This document shows positions 11,901-24,444 of a DNA stretch of 64,000 bases, in pieces. The notes under the pieces are model-generated. The model was given only the letters and a program-made list of their open reading frames with translations, was not told the DNA's origin and ran no database searches. Made by a program: the position numbers and the translations under genes. The DNA is from Thalia democratica (Eukaryota), in NCBI GenBank assembly GCA_965202585.1, contig OZ241833.1, forward strand, positions 34,472,001-34,536,000. Direction: 5' to 3'. Numbering within the stretch: position 1 is the first letter of the stretch; every line of letters begins with the position of its first letter.

Positions 11901-14900
11901 TGTATTTAAAATATTTTTTTATAAGTTATATAGTAATTAAATACTTTTAAAGTTTGTTTAACTTGTCCTAGAATATAATGTTTGCTACTTAAATTTATTT
12001 TATTTTTTTTAACCTTTATACCTTTATGAAAAAATATTTAGTATAGTAAAACATTTTGCTAACTTTTTTGTTTAATAAGCTACTAAACCTTAAAATTATA
12101 GTAAATAAAAATAGTGGAAAAATAAAGAGTTACAGTTAGGTCTGGATGTTATAAAAAAACCATATTTAACATCAAAAGTATATAACTATATAAAAAAAAA
12201 TCTTGTAACTTAACTCACAAAAACACTTTTTGATTATGTATATAAAGCTCATTGGAGCGATTTAATTGTTAACCAAAATTTCAATCAAAAACAAACTTGT
12301 TGTGAACTTTGACCAAATCTCCGACCACCACGTTCAGGCCGTATTTTTTTATCCGCATGGAGGCGATCCTGTTCCACACGAAGCTCTGGTAGCTGTGCAG
12401 GTACAAATGCCTCGTCTGCCTCGGCACGCTGTCCAGCGCCTGCACCAGCTGCTTCGTTCCTGTGAAAATGAAATGTTTATCGAAAACTTGTAGTATTTTG
12501 TACAGAAAAATAGTTACAGTTTGTATTGTTGTTTATTTTGATAAGTTTGATGAGAAATTATGTAATTTTTTTTTTCACAAAAAATTATCTCGAACAAAAC
12601 TGTTTCGTTCCTGTGAAGGTAAAACGGTATGTGTTGCTTTCAAGAATACTAAATACAAACGACAGGTTTAACTTTTTAGATTGTTTGTTCTACTTAGATG
12701 CACTTCATTTCTGAGGTTTAATGAATTTCTATTTTACTTTGATAGGGCTTGCCAAAGTGGACAGGGTTATTAAATGGACAAATAGAACGCGATTTTAAAT
12801 TGCAAACATCATGTCAGGTGCCTGAAACAACTGCTTCGTCCTTTTAAAAATAAACATAATTTGCCGTTTACCAAAAATTTACAAAATTTAGGATGAAAAA
12901 TTTAAAATAGTTTGTGTGATCGGTTTTCATTATTATTATTTTCTAAACCAATCAAAAAAGCTTGCAAAGAAACTGTAATAAACTTTCTAGCATAAAAAAT
13001 TTTCAAAAAAGTTTATTACTGCTTTGAAATATTTATTATTACAGTCCATGTTTTTAAAATAAACAACTATTTATAGTCTCTTTTGTTTATCAGAATCGTA
13101 AAATACTTCAATAAAACTATAACGCTTTTTTACCTTTTACAATTTTCGTGCTGATTTATAAAAAACTGTGAGTCATGGAAACTATAGTTTCTTTGACAAC
13201 TGGTTAATAAAATTTTACATTTTAACTTATGTACTGTTATTTCTTTTTAATTTGTTAATAACAAAAGAGTAAGATTGCGCGGTAAGTTTATAACGACATA
13301 CAATAGTCAACAGCTTACTAACAAACTTTAAACCAACAAAATCAGTTTGTTGAACCTACCAGCGTGTCATTCAACTCCGTTTCAGCTGTTTTACACAAAC
13401 TTTCAACAAGACTGGACCGCATCAAAACTCACGTTAAAAAAATTAAACCAACAACAGAATAAAACACGAACCGCATCTGACGATGCCGCGCAGGAGATTT
13501 TTTTCGACGGTGAACTTGAACGGCAGCTTGGTCAAGCACTTTTGCGCGTTCCCTTCTTGTTGCCAGTTCCTCACGCTTTCCGCCACTTCCTCGTCGTGCA
13601 AGTCTGAAATGAGAAAAATTAATTCATGATTACCTTCATAATGCTACAATTTTACAAACTAAGTTTAAAAGTTCCAAAAAAAAAAAAAAGTTCCTGCGTG
13701 CCTAGGTGGCGTTTTTTTAAATTAGTAACAGTGGCTTAGGTACAGTGATTGAGTAGAAACAGTGTAAAAAAATTCACCGTTGTCAACTAAAAACTACTCA
13801 ACTTTATTATTGCTTCCATTTCAAATTAAACTTGACCATATACCGACACTATATTAATTTCAACCAAAATTATTCCAGCTAGACACATTTTGATCTAACT
13901 TGCCACCAAATCACAGAACAAACAACGAACTGTCAACGGCGTTAGACAGGATGAGGTCCACCACGGCCGTCCAATCGGATTGCAGTATTTTCACGCCGAC
14001 GTCGCACGTGGCGACCTTCCTGGTTCCGAACCTCTGCATGCCGTAGTAGTTGATGAAGCCGTGGTCGCCCAGCGACTTGAACGCCGCCTCCGCGTCGAAC
14101 CCTTCCTTTTGCACGTCCCTGTGAGAAAATTGAAAATTTTTCACGTTTTGGGAATTTTTTTTCTTATTATTGTCAAAGACTGTTCAAAGCGATTTTGATG
14201 GCATAAACTCGTTTGAAAGTACAAGCTTGTACGGGGACGGGTCAAATATGCACGAAGACTTTTTTGAACGAGGGAATATTAAAAAATATATATAAATTAA
14301 AAAAAAAACCTACCAAGAATAAGGATTAAGGGTACAAGTGATTTAAAAATTAACATAAAAACTCAAAAACTGACCAAGGGTAAGGATAGACATTGAGAAT
14401 TAAAGAAAAAAAGTTAATAAGAAAAATACAAGTTACCAAACAATGGCAAGGGTAACAGTGGTAGTAAAAATAATAAAAAGTTTCTATCCATGCAAAAAGG
14501 ACCATATGCAAAAGTGTCTTCGCGCATATTTGACACCTACCCAGCTTACACATTGTTTTATGCTATAAAATTAATCACTATAATAGACCTATTATGTTTC
14601 TTTTTTTTTCATATACACTATAACATATTTAAAGTGTTTTCGTTGGTTTTTACTATTATTAAATGTAGATGGAGCAAAAAAAATGTATACGTGTTAATAT
14701 AATGTTTTGTCATTCCACAAACTTATACTAAAAATTAGAAAACAGGTAAAAAATACAAATCTTAAACAAGCACAAACAATCTATTCACTACAAAGTCTAA
14801 ATAATGATCTAACTATCGTGCAAACCTGATGACAATAGTGAACTTGTTTCCCTTCAGGTCGCCCAGCCTGAGTATTTGAGGCACGACCCTGAAATTTCCT

Positions 14901-16976
14901 ACCCGCAAATTGTTCACCTTCGAGTTGATTTGCATCAACCTTTGCGGGCTGACTGGAGACGTCATTTCCTATAAAATATTAAAAACTATTTCGCATTGGT
15001 AAGCTATTATTAATAACTTATGTAACAACAAGATAACACAAAGCACTTTGATTTAGATACATAATATTACACTTGAACCTATGCAAGTTGAAATTATTTT
15101 TTACAACAAAGCTTGAAATAAAACGCCTTTAGTTACTGATATATACTAGGTTAAAGAAACAACAAATTTACAACTAAAACATATTCTATTTAAAAAACCA
15201 CGACTTTTATATTTTCAAAAACCAGCCTGCACAAATTAAAATTACTTATAACATATTCTAAAACAACTAAACATATTCTGTTCTTATATTTAAAAAACCA
15301 CAATTTTACCAGCCTGCACGGTGATTCCCCTCTTGTCCTTGTTGCCGGCGAACCCGAAGCTCTTGTGGTTCTTCAGCTTCAGCTTGCTGCACATGAGACT
15401 CACCGCGTCCATGGTGCCAATGTTCTGCTTGTGCAGCACGAACTTGTACACCAGCTGGCTTCTCTTGTCCTCCTCCTTCGTCCTTCTCCTGCTGTTCCCT
15501 GTTTATAAGAAATGATGAGTTTTCGTGCTTTTTTAGTAACATATTAATTTATTGAGTTGAAAAATTATTTGTTGAAGTTTTACTTGTCACATGTTAATTT
15601 ATAACGTTAGAAATTAAATGTTGATTGCTCACATGCTTTGTTTAAGAACACGTGGAAATATTATACAAAAATTTAAATGTTGCATTTTTTTTTTCTTCGA
15701 TTGCTAACTGCTGCTTACCAAAAGTTAGTTCATTAATATAGAAGTGAATAAAAAAAAATATTCTACAGTTTTAACCTGTTTATAACACGGTTTAAGTTAG
15801 AAACTGAACGTCGAGGCTTAATATTTTATGGCAACTGTTATCATAATCAAACGTCTGTTTGTATTTAACTATTTTACAAAAATACTTTTTAGAACTTTAT
15901 GAGTAGGTAGAAGCTACCAAAAAAATTAAGTTTTAAGTTTATACTTCTTAAAACAACTTTAGTACGACTACAGTAACTTGTTTCATAAACATGAGCTAAT
16001 AAAAATACTATTTAAATAAATAAAGTTTTTTGGTAGAAAAAAACTCATACCTTTTTTAGATCTGGTTATTTTAATGAAAGCGACTCCTTCGGCGTTTTTC
16101 AGAAAATTACTTTCGAGAGAAGAGAAATATTTTCTCACAAACTCGTGAACTTTCGTTCTTTCAACTTTGTTCAAGTCGCCAACCTAAGAGTTTAAATAAT
16201 TTTCAGAAACTATATTCAAATAACACATGTTTAAAGTACTTAAAGTGTAAATATATACATATACATGTTTTATCTATAAAATTCTTTTTAGTTGACCTTA
16301 TTGCTCAAAATACTTTGTTCAAGTCGTCGACCTTTGAATTTCAGTAATCTTAAATTAATTAAAAACTATCACCAAATACAAAGACTCTTAAAGTACTCAG
16401 AGTGTTTTTTTTCACTTAACATATTTTACAAATATAATTTTAGCTGATATTTTTGCTCATTCACACAAAAAAAACTACCCACTGCAAGCTTGACGTACTG
16501 CTTCGAACCTTTCTCGACCTGAATTTTGACAAGCATGTCGACCTGGTCGCTACTGAACGGTTCGTGGTTTTCTGGTAAAATCGTTCTGAGACTCTTCATT
16601 TCCATCTCCAAATCTTGCGCATTTTCTTCCTTGAATTTATATTAATTGAACACTTATTTCAACAAATTTGAAGACACAAAATAAAAACTAGTATTCATTG
16701 AAATATTAAACTATTTGAATATTTATTTAAGAAAAGACAAACGATCACACATGGTAAAAAATAAGCACTCACTTTATTTTCAGCCTGTTTCGGTTCCGCT
16801 TGATTAGACGCGTTACCGGGCTGTTCCTTATTCGAAATGCAACTCGAGTCGAAATGAACGACTTTCCCCTGCAAATCGACCTCGTTGACGTGAAAGTCTG
16901 AGAACCGCTGCTTGATGATTCCCGCGCACCCCTCGCCCTTGTAAATGTACTCGGTCAGCCCTCTTGAGTGCTCCAT
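8958..16976 (-). CDS. PUS7: Pseudouridine synthase 7 (TruD family), about 604 aa, 11 exons
   Basis: Exons 16976-16773, 16629-16483, 16183-16051, 15498-15314, 14968-14826, 14118-13931, 13603-13472, 12459-12308, 10517-10285, 9523-9366, 9097-8958 join in frame. Motifs [14 protein letters not shown], catalytic [59 protein letters not shown]. The 3' end of exon 4 is ambiguous (GC donor at 15313 or GT donor at 15301). Confidence 0.95.
11314..11520. mobile_element. Short MITE-like element with GC-rich inverted ends
   Basis: Left CAGGGGCGTCGCGTGG, right CCACGCGTCGCCA, AT-rich interior. No clear TSD. Confidence 0.4.
14233..14542 (+). mobile_element. MITE, MULE/Foldback-like family A, in PUS7 intron 5
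   Basis: TIRs GGGGACGGGTCAAATATGC / GCATATTTGACACCTACCC; 9-bp flanks AGCTTGTAC and AGCTTACAC (7/9 match). Confidence 0.75.
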
Positions 16977-17148
16977 TTTTTAAATATATGGTGTTTTAAT
17001 TAACTTAAAATAAAATTTAACAACATTAATATTAGCAAACAAACTATGACATACAATACACTAATTAAAAATGATAATAAGTAAATATGTTGCAAAGCTA
17101 TACTTTCGTGTGGAAAATTAAACACATTTTTCTTTTCAAAAATTCAAA

Positions 17149-17154
17149 TTTATT
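17149..17154 (-). terminator. Candidate polyadenylation signal (AATAAA) of TBL3
   Basis: AATAAA on the minus strand between the TBL3 stop (17491) and the PUS7 start (16976). Inference only. Confidence 0.4.
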
Positions 17155-17490
17155 TTCGATTTAAAACTTCTAAATTCATATTTTAACCTTACGGTTGTAT
17201 GCGTAAGAGAAAATTATCAAATAAGCAACAAGATTTTGTTAACATAAAACAGTTAAATATCTTTAAAGACAATACGTAAAAAAAATTACTTAATAAAATA
17301 AAAAGTTTCTAAAATCATTATAATACTTAGTTCAAAATATTAAAAACCAAATCACTAAGCGATAAAATGTCCTAAATAAATTTACTAAAACCCGTCGAGT
17401 ATGATCAAAAAATGTTCACGAATCAACAAAAGTTCAAATGGTCATCCCTTAAACAACCAAACCATTTCTTCAATCATCCGTCAAACAAAT

Positions 17491-20400
17491 CTATCCGAAG
17501 TTCATCTGGTAGAGGGTGTAGTCGACGAAGGCGAACTGCTGCTTTATCTTGCTCAGCCGGTCGAAGTGCCTGTCCGTGTACGCAATGAGCCCCTTCAAGT
17601 TCTCCTCCATGGCGTCGATCTCGAGCAGCTGCTCCGACGTGTAGATGGACGCGAGGTACTTGAGCACCACCTGCGCCTCGCGGCACGTCCTGCTGTTGGT
17701 GTTCCACTCGGCGGCGAACTTGATGAGCGTCCTCGCTTTCGTCGTGCTCACCTTGCCCAGCGCCTCCTTCAATGTGCGCTCGTCGCACTTGAGCTTCTGC
17801 AGCGTCCTGAGCGCGTTCCTCGGCTGCTCCAGCCTGATCGCCAGCTTCAGCGCCTTGCTCACGTTGTTCTCCTCCAGCAGCATCCTCAGCTCGTCCTGCA
17901 GCCGCCAGTTCTCCTCCCGCCTCTCCTCCTCCTCCCTGGCCACCTGCTCGCTCCGGTCCTCCCACTCGGCGATGGTGCCGTCGGCGCACCCGGAGGTGAG
18001 CACCCCGTCGCAGTGCTCCAGCGAGAAGATCTCCTCGTCGTGCGCGTCCACCGTCAGCAGGCAGTCGCCAGTTTGGACGCTCCACACCTTGATCAGCCCG
18101 TCGGAGCCGGCCGAGGCGATCTTGGTGTCGTCGTTGATGAACCTTCAAATAAATGTTTTGTAAAGAAAATATAACAAAAAGTAAATGAATATGCGATAAA
18201 ATAAACAAGACACACTGTTCGATAAATTATATATGTTTCGAGAATCTATCATCAGCAGAACACAATGCTAACAAAAGTTAATATTTTTTTAAACTCACAC
18301 AGTTACTCTTTATACAGCAACTAAGTATCCAAAATAAAATATATACATGATATAAAAACAAGCAAACCTGATCGCCCTGACGCTGCAGTCGTGCGCCTCG
18401 ATGGTCTTGAAGCACGCCTTGCCGTCGACCGACCACAGCTTGATCGTGCCGTCAGCGCTGCAGCTGGCGACCGTCTTGTCCGTCCTGCTGAAGCGCACCT
18501 GCCACACGCCGTGCCGGTGCCCCTCGAACGTGAACTCGTGCTCCAGGTCGGGCAGCGACCACAGCATGGCGGTCCTGTCGCGCGACCCGCTCACCGCGTA
18601 CCTGACCTTGTCCTTTATTATGACGTCGATGAAGTTGACCTCGTCCTTGTGGCGCACGGCGGTGCTGACGGCCTTCAGCTTGTACTTTTTCGTCTCCTTG
18701 GACTTGACCAGCTTCCAGCTCTTGATGGTCCTGTCGACTGATCCCGTCAGGAACACGTCGGCCTTCTCGTAGTCCGGCGCGCACACGCACGTCACGGAAG
18801 AGTTGTGCGCCCTGGCGGTGGTGACCAACGAGGCTTCGCCATTTTCCAGCTTCCACAGGGCGATCTGGCCGTCCCTGCTGGCCGACACGAAGAACTTGCC
18901 GCCGCTGAAGACCGCCACGTCGGTGACAAAGTCCTGGTGGCCGCCCTGCAGGATCTTTAATGAGGAAGAGTCGCGCTGGTAGAGCAACAAATTGGAAGAC
19001 GAAGTGACGACGATCATGTGCTTGTTGTCCTCTCCCGCCAGGTGAACCCCCGTCACCTCGCTCAGCTTTCCCGCGAAATTGTTCACCGTCTCCAGAGTTT
19101 CCAAGTCGACCACTCTCATCGTCAGGTCGCTGAACACTTGCAAGACTTTACCGTTGAACATGACGGCGTCGGAAGTGACGATCTCGCTGCAGTCCTGCAA
19201 CACCTCCGTGCTCTTCCTCGTCGGAGCGGATTTTTCCAGGCTCCTCACGGACAGCTGTCCCTTGCCGCTGGCCACCGCGAACTCGCCCTCCTTTCCGGTC
19301 TTCATCAGGCTCTCCACGCTCTCAAAGCAGGAAAGGGTCTCGGCGGGCTGGCCGGGCATCTTCTTGTCGCCGGCGAAGCCCTCCCACACCTTGATGACCT
19401 TGTCCTTGCCGCCCGTCAGCAATACGTCGTCGTTCAGGAACAACAGTGACGTCACAGTGCTCAGGTGGCCGCTCAGCTGCGCCACGAAGCGCTTCTTCTC
19501 GAGGTCGAACACGCGGATGGTGTTGTTGGAGCTTGCGGTTGCTAATAGTAACTTGCTGGGGTGGAACCTGACGGCTTCTATCCTGCTGGCGTCCAATTTG
19601 AACTGGTGGGTGACGAACTTCTGGTACAAGTCCCACACCTGTTGGCAGTTTTATGAATAAACTTGTTAATAAGACTGTTTTTAAACTTGATGTATATTTT
19701 TTAATAAACATGAGTTTTGCTAGGAATTTTACTGATGAAACTTAAATGGCGTTCGGCAGATTTAGATTCATATTTTTTTACTATATACTCTATTTTAAAC
19801 TGACAGAATTGCACAAAAAGTTTAAAAACAAAGAGCTTACGATGAATCAAATAAAAAAGTACAAGTTCCGTTAACATTGAAATTCACAGCTTAAAAAACT
19901 TCAATTTATTATAGCCATGCAACTGTTTTACAAGGTACTGATGGAACTTTATCAATTCATCGGTTTTCAAACTAGTTGGTGAGGAAGTTAAAAGGAGTTT
20001 TTGTTGTCGAATTAATTAAAACAGTTTGCGCGTTTTCACCAAGATTAGTTTGTATGGAATTAAGTTTTACTTCAAGTTACGTTTTACTAGTCGTACAGAA
20101 CTATCACAAGTTTAACTTTAACTATATGTTGGTAAGAAAACTTAAACATCACAAAAAAGTGTTGAAGTTCAAAGATATTTTTTACATGCAAGTGGATTTT
20201 AAAGGCAAAAATATTACAGCTACTCAATATTTACAAACATATTTGAAAATACTTTTGCATAAACATGTATTAACTTTTTCATAAACATTTTTTTTTTATT
20301 TTTTCTGATCATTTCTTTTAACTGGCGTTCATCTCAAACTTTTCATTAAACCTTACGTTTCAAACTTGATTCGTTCCAAATTTAATTAAAAAAGAATTAT

Positions 20401-23398
20401 ACTTTAGTTTACTGCACTTTTACTCTAAATTTAGATTTAGAGCGAAATAAAAACTTTTAACGTTGTTTACTAATTATATCATCTTAAATGTTTTTAACAA
20501 ATGATAATAATGTTACCGCAAAATGTTAACCTGGTTTCTAAAGCTAAAATAGCTGGGATCAAAAGCAAAACCCAAAAATTATAGATAGGCTTTGCTAATT
20601 TATTGTAGCAAATGCTTAAAAAACTTTTAAAAAAAACCATCAAGTGAAATAAAACCAAACAATAATAAAAGCTTTCGTCGTTTTATTACAAAAATTCATT
20701 GTGTAACGACTTTAAACTTCTGTTTGAATAAGCCGTATATCATTGAAGTGTTATAATAAAACAATGAAAGGTTTTATTTTAAAGTCTAAATTGGAGCTTT
20801 TATACTATTTGCTTCATTTCAAATGTTAAATAAGACTTAAATTATATTGGAACAGATTGATTTGATAGTAAATTAAAACTATCGCAACCAAACTAAAGTA
20901 AAAAATGAATAACTTATAGTATTATTTCAACTTAGAATTTATTAAGTTAGAAAAGTTTTTTAACTTAAGATTAAAGTTAAAAAAAATTAGTTTTGAAATT
21001 AAATGAAAACTAATATAAATAAATTTAGTTGAAACAAATAAAATGTAAAATGTTATAATGTTAAGTTATTAAACTAAAAACAAAAAATTACATATAAGGT
21101 AAAACCAATTTTTAGAAGCATAAAAGTTACAAATAAAAGTTAACCATGTAAAGTACTTGATTAATTATATATGCTACTATTGATTAGCTAGATAAACTTT
21201 TTATGTTGTTCAGGGCAAAAGTTTCACAACAAACCCTATTAATTGAACACGATAAAAAACTTAATAAACTTTTTTTTTATTTGAAGTACAAACAATTTTC
21301 TAAAAATACTAAACCATCGTTTGATGGGTTTTACAAACAATTTCCGAAAAAGTTACTAGTCAAAATGCTACCAACAAAAGTTAATTGAAAATTGAGTTTG
21401 AAGCAAAAGTTCTCTCACAATGACGCTTTTGTTGGTTATACAAAAATGATTTTAGAAAAATCTACTTAAAATAAACTTGAAATATCTAATTTTCCACAAA
21501 AATGCTCTTTACTTAAGTTTCAAACAACAAACTAACAATGACGCATCCGTCCGCGGCGAAACCGGCGGCGACCAGCGTCGAAGTCTTGTCGCCGTCCATG
21601 CAGGAGACGGGGGAGGGGTTCATCCGGGGCAGGGACTTCCACGTTCGCACGCAGCTCTTGTCGATAGTCACGCCGTTGTTGTCTTCGTCGATCTGCAGCT
21701 TCCACTGCCTCACCATCGAGCTCCTGTTGTGAGATTTTCAAAGATTGACTTAAATGTGTTATATAAATAGTTTAAGACTTTTTTCTTCATTTTTTAGTTT
21801 TAACTACGCGAAAACCTTTTAAATCCTTTTAGTTCCTACTACTCAAAAATCGTTGGAAAATGTATGCATCAAACAAGTATTGTCAGATAATTATCCTAGT
21901 CCAAATCTTTTAACTACCTTTTTTTAGTTCCTACTACTCAAAAACCTTTGAGAAATTATACAGACTCCACATATTTGCAAAATGTAGTTTAACAAACTTT
22001 TAAATACGATATAATATTTTGTCCAACAAGACGTTTCAGTCAGGATTGCAAAATGTTTTTGGCAAATTTTCTCCAGGTTTTCAAAATTTCTTCCCAGTTT
22101 TTTAAATATTACATTTTTTGGTATATTTTTAGTTTAAAATTAAGTTAAAGGTAATAAACTGTGTTAAATAGTATAAAACATTGAAAAGATATCTTAAAGT
22201 TTCTTCAAATGTGATTTGTAATAAAAAGAAAATTTATGATGACAAAAAAAAATTATCGTTTTTTAGTTATTTTGTTTAATATTCTAGGTTTTTAGTGATT
22301 TTTATTCAAAATTCAAGGTTTATAAAATTTTCTCAAATTCGAGGTTTTTCCAGGTTTTTTGGCAACCTAGTTTAGTTATGTATCACATCTAAAAAATAGA
22401 AGATATAAAAGTTATAAAAAATAAAATAAATATTAAAATCTAAAATAAATTTTATATTAATAAATTGTAGTCACTATAAGATTAGAACATAAATTTTCAT
22501 TTTTTTCATTTAATCCCAAAGAAATAAGTTTCTTTTGGAATAAACACTAGGGATAAGTTTAATTAAAGGCAAACACAGTGCAAATACATTAAACTTAAAC
22601 TATACGTACTACATTCAGTTGAACTATTAAAGTATTTAGGTATTAAAATTATTTAAACTACGCACAAAAAAATTGCAACTCTTACATGAACTTATGTACA
22701 ACCAATCCCAAGCAGTCTGACCTGCATATAACTACACATACACACATAAAATACTGCAAATTTTACAATTCAAATTTAAACCAATACCATACTTGCATGC
22801 AGTGACACGCGGCCCTAACATGAACTTTATACATTCAAAATAAGTTTTACCTGCAAGCAGTCACAACGTATTTAAAACTAACGTAAAAAAACGTAAAAAG
22901 TCCTACCAATTAAATCTACGCCTAAAAAGATGCAATTCTTACATGAACTTATGTACAACAAGTCCGAAGCATTATTACTGCATACAACCGTACATAAAAA
23001 TATTGCAATATTTGGTAAACTTAAATTATCAATAATAAATTTTAAATTTTATTAACAATACAATGTTTCACTCGTAACGATCTTCAATTGTTTAAAATAT
23101 TATTCAAATATAATCTAAGCTTAAATCATGCTAAACCAACACCATACCTGCATGCGGTCACAATGTACTTGCTGTCCTTTGTGACGTACAAGCACACTAT
23201 TTCGTCATCGCCCTCCATGTCCACGCTGCAAGCTTCGGTGCCGTCCAGCAACGACATCACTTTCAGCTGGTGGTTGTAGCTGCAGGCGAAGTGCTGGTCG
23301 GTCTGGCGGATCGGGTCGACAGGGCCCCCGTTGTAGAACGGAAGCCACTTCTTCCTCGCTTCGAAGCACACTTTCTCCGTACACTCGTTGTTTGCCAT
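17491..23398 (-). CDS. TBL3: Transducin beta-like 3 / UTP13, WD40 SSU processome protein, 786 aa, 4 exons
   Basis: Exons 23398-23148, 21723-21537, 19638-18368, 18142-17491 join in frame. Many WD40 repeats (LSGHLSTVTSL, GSRDRTAMLW, FEGHRHGVWQVRFS, SADGTIKLW, GSDGLIKVW) and a Utp13-type C-terminus (AAEWNTNSRTCREAQVVL, LIAYTDRHFDRL). Confidence 0.95.
22041..22369. mobile_element. MITE family B (CAGGGTTGCCA ends), degenerate copy in TBL3 intron 1
   Basis: Ends CAGGATTGC...GGCAACCTAG with internal TTCCAGGTTTT repeats; matches 57173-57593. Confidence 0.55.
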
Positions 23399-24444
23399 TT
23401 TATGTGATATTTAGTTACTTGATAAAATCGTATTTCTGCAATCAAAAGTTCAGCAATAAAAGTTTGAACTGATTTCTTTGTTTTGAATAAGAACCAGCAA
23501 GTTGAAACTGTTTTTTCCTTTTGAAATAGTTAAAATATTTTAATTCTTCTACACATGTGATAGTAAGTTTAAATGCTTTTAATCAAGAAGAATTTTGAAT
23601 GTAATACAACTTTACTAAAGTAAATTTTCAAAATAATAGAGACCCAAAAGTTGTCAACTATTTTCAGAATAGACTTGTATAAACTGACTAACTAACTATT
23701 TAAAAATTGATTTTAAAAGTTTTACAATAATGAAACATATTTAGTACAACAAAGATTAACAATAATTTATGAGAGACATACAACTTAATTAATAATATTA
23801 TCATGCTATTTCATATTTTTAATAATATATTTCAACTAAGATTGATAAAAATTATTAAAAAATAGTTTAAGAAGCTAAGTTTTATAAGTTGCTTTTTGTT
23901 TGAAAAAAAAATTAAACTATACTCATTTAATTCAAGTCTTTGAGAAAAAACGTACAAATGAACTTAACATTGTGTATAAATGCAACTAAAAAACATAAGT
24001 CCTAAAACAAAAGCTCACTTCAACAAATATCATGCGTTTACTATGTAATTATAACTTGTTTTCTATTTTTAAAAAGTTTTATTTTTTAATCTATTTCATG
24101 GTTTAATTAAAAAGTTTTATACATCCTAAAGCCTAACTAAAATCTTTAGACTATATTTACTTTAATTCTAAATTTTAGTAAGTAATCAAGCATATATACT
24201 GAAGGAAAATTGAAACTTTAAAACATTTTTTTTAATATAGTTTAGAACTATAAATACATTATGAAAACTATAAATAGATGTAGTACATAAGAAATTTTTA
24301 AATAGTTAGAACTTTAGCTTAACTTAATTTACTAAAAACATTTTTTAGTAAAAAAGCAATATACAAACACATTGCATAATAAATAAAAAACGAGAAAAGA
24401 CAGTTAAACTTTAACTAAAAATTTTTTACAAGTTTACCAGACAA

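Noticed and set aside
13390-13475. Possible ghost copy of the PUS7 exon 7 donor (GATGCG|GT at about 13417)
   Set aside because: Only about 8 matching bases, so it cannot be distinguished from chance.
17401-19711. Multiple overlapping ORFs on both strands over TBL3 exons 3-4
   Set aside because: Same GC3 shadow effect; only one frame gives WD40/Utp13 motifs and joins at splice sites.
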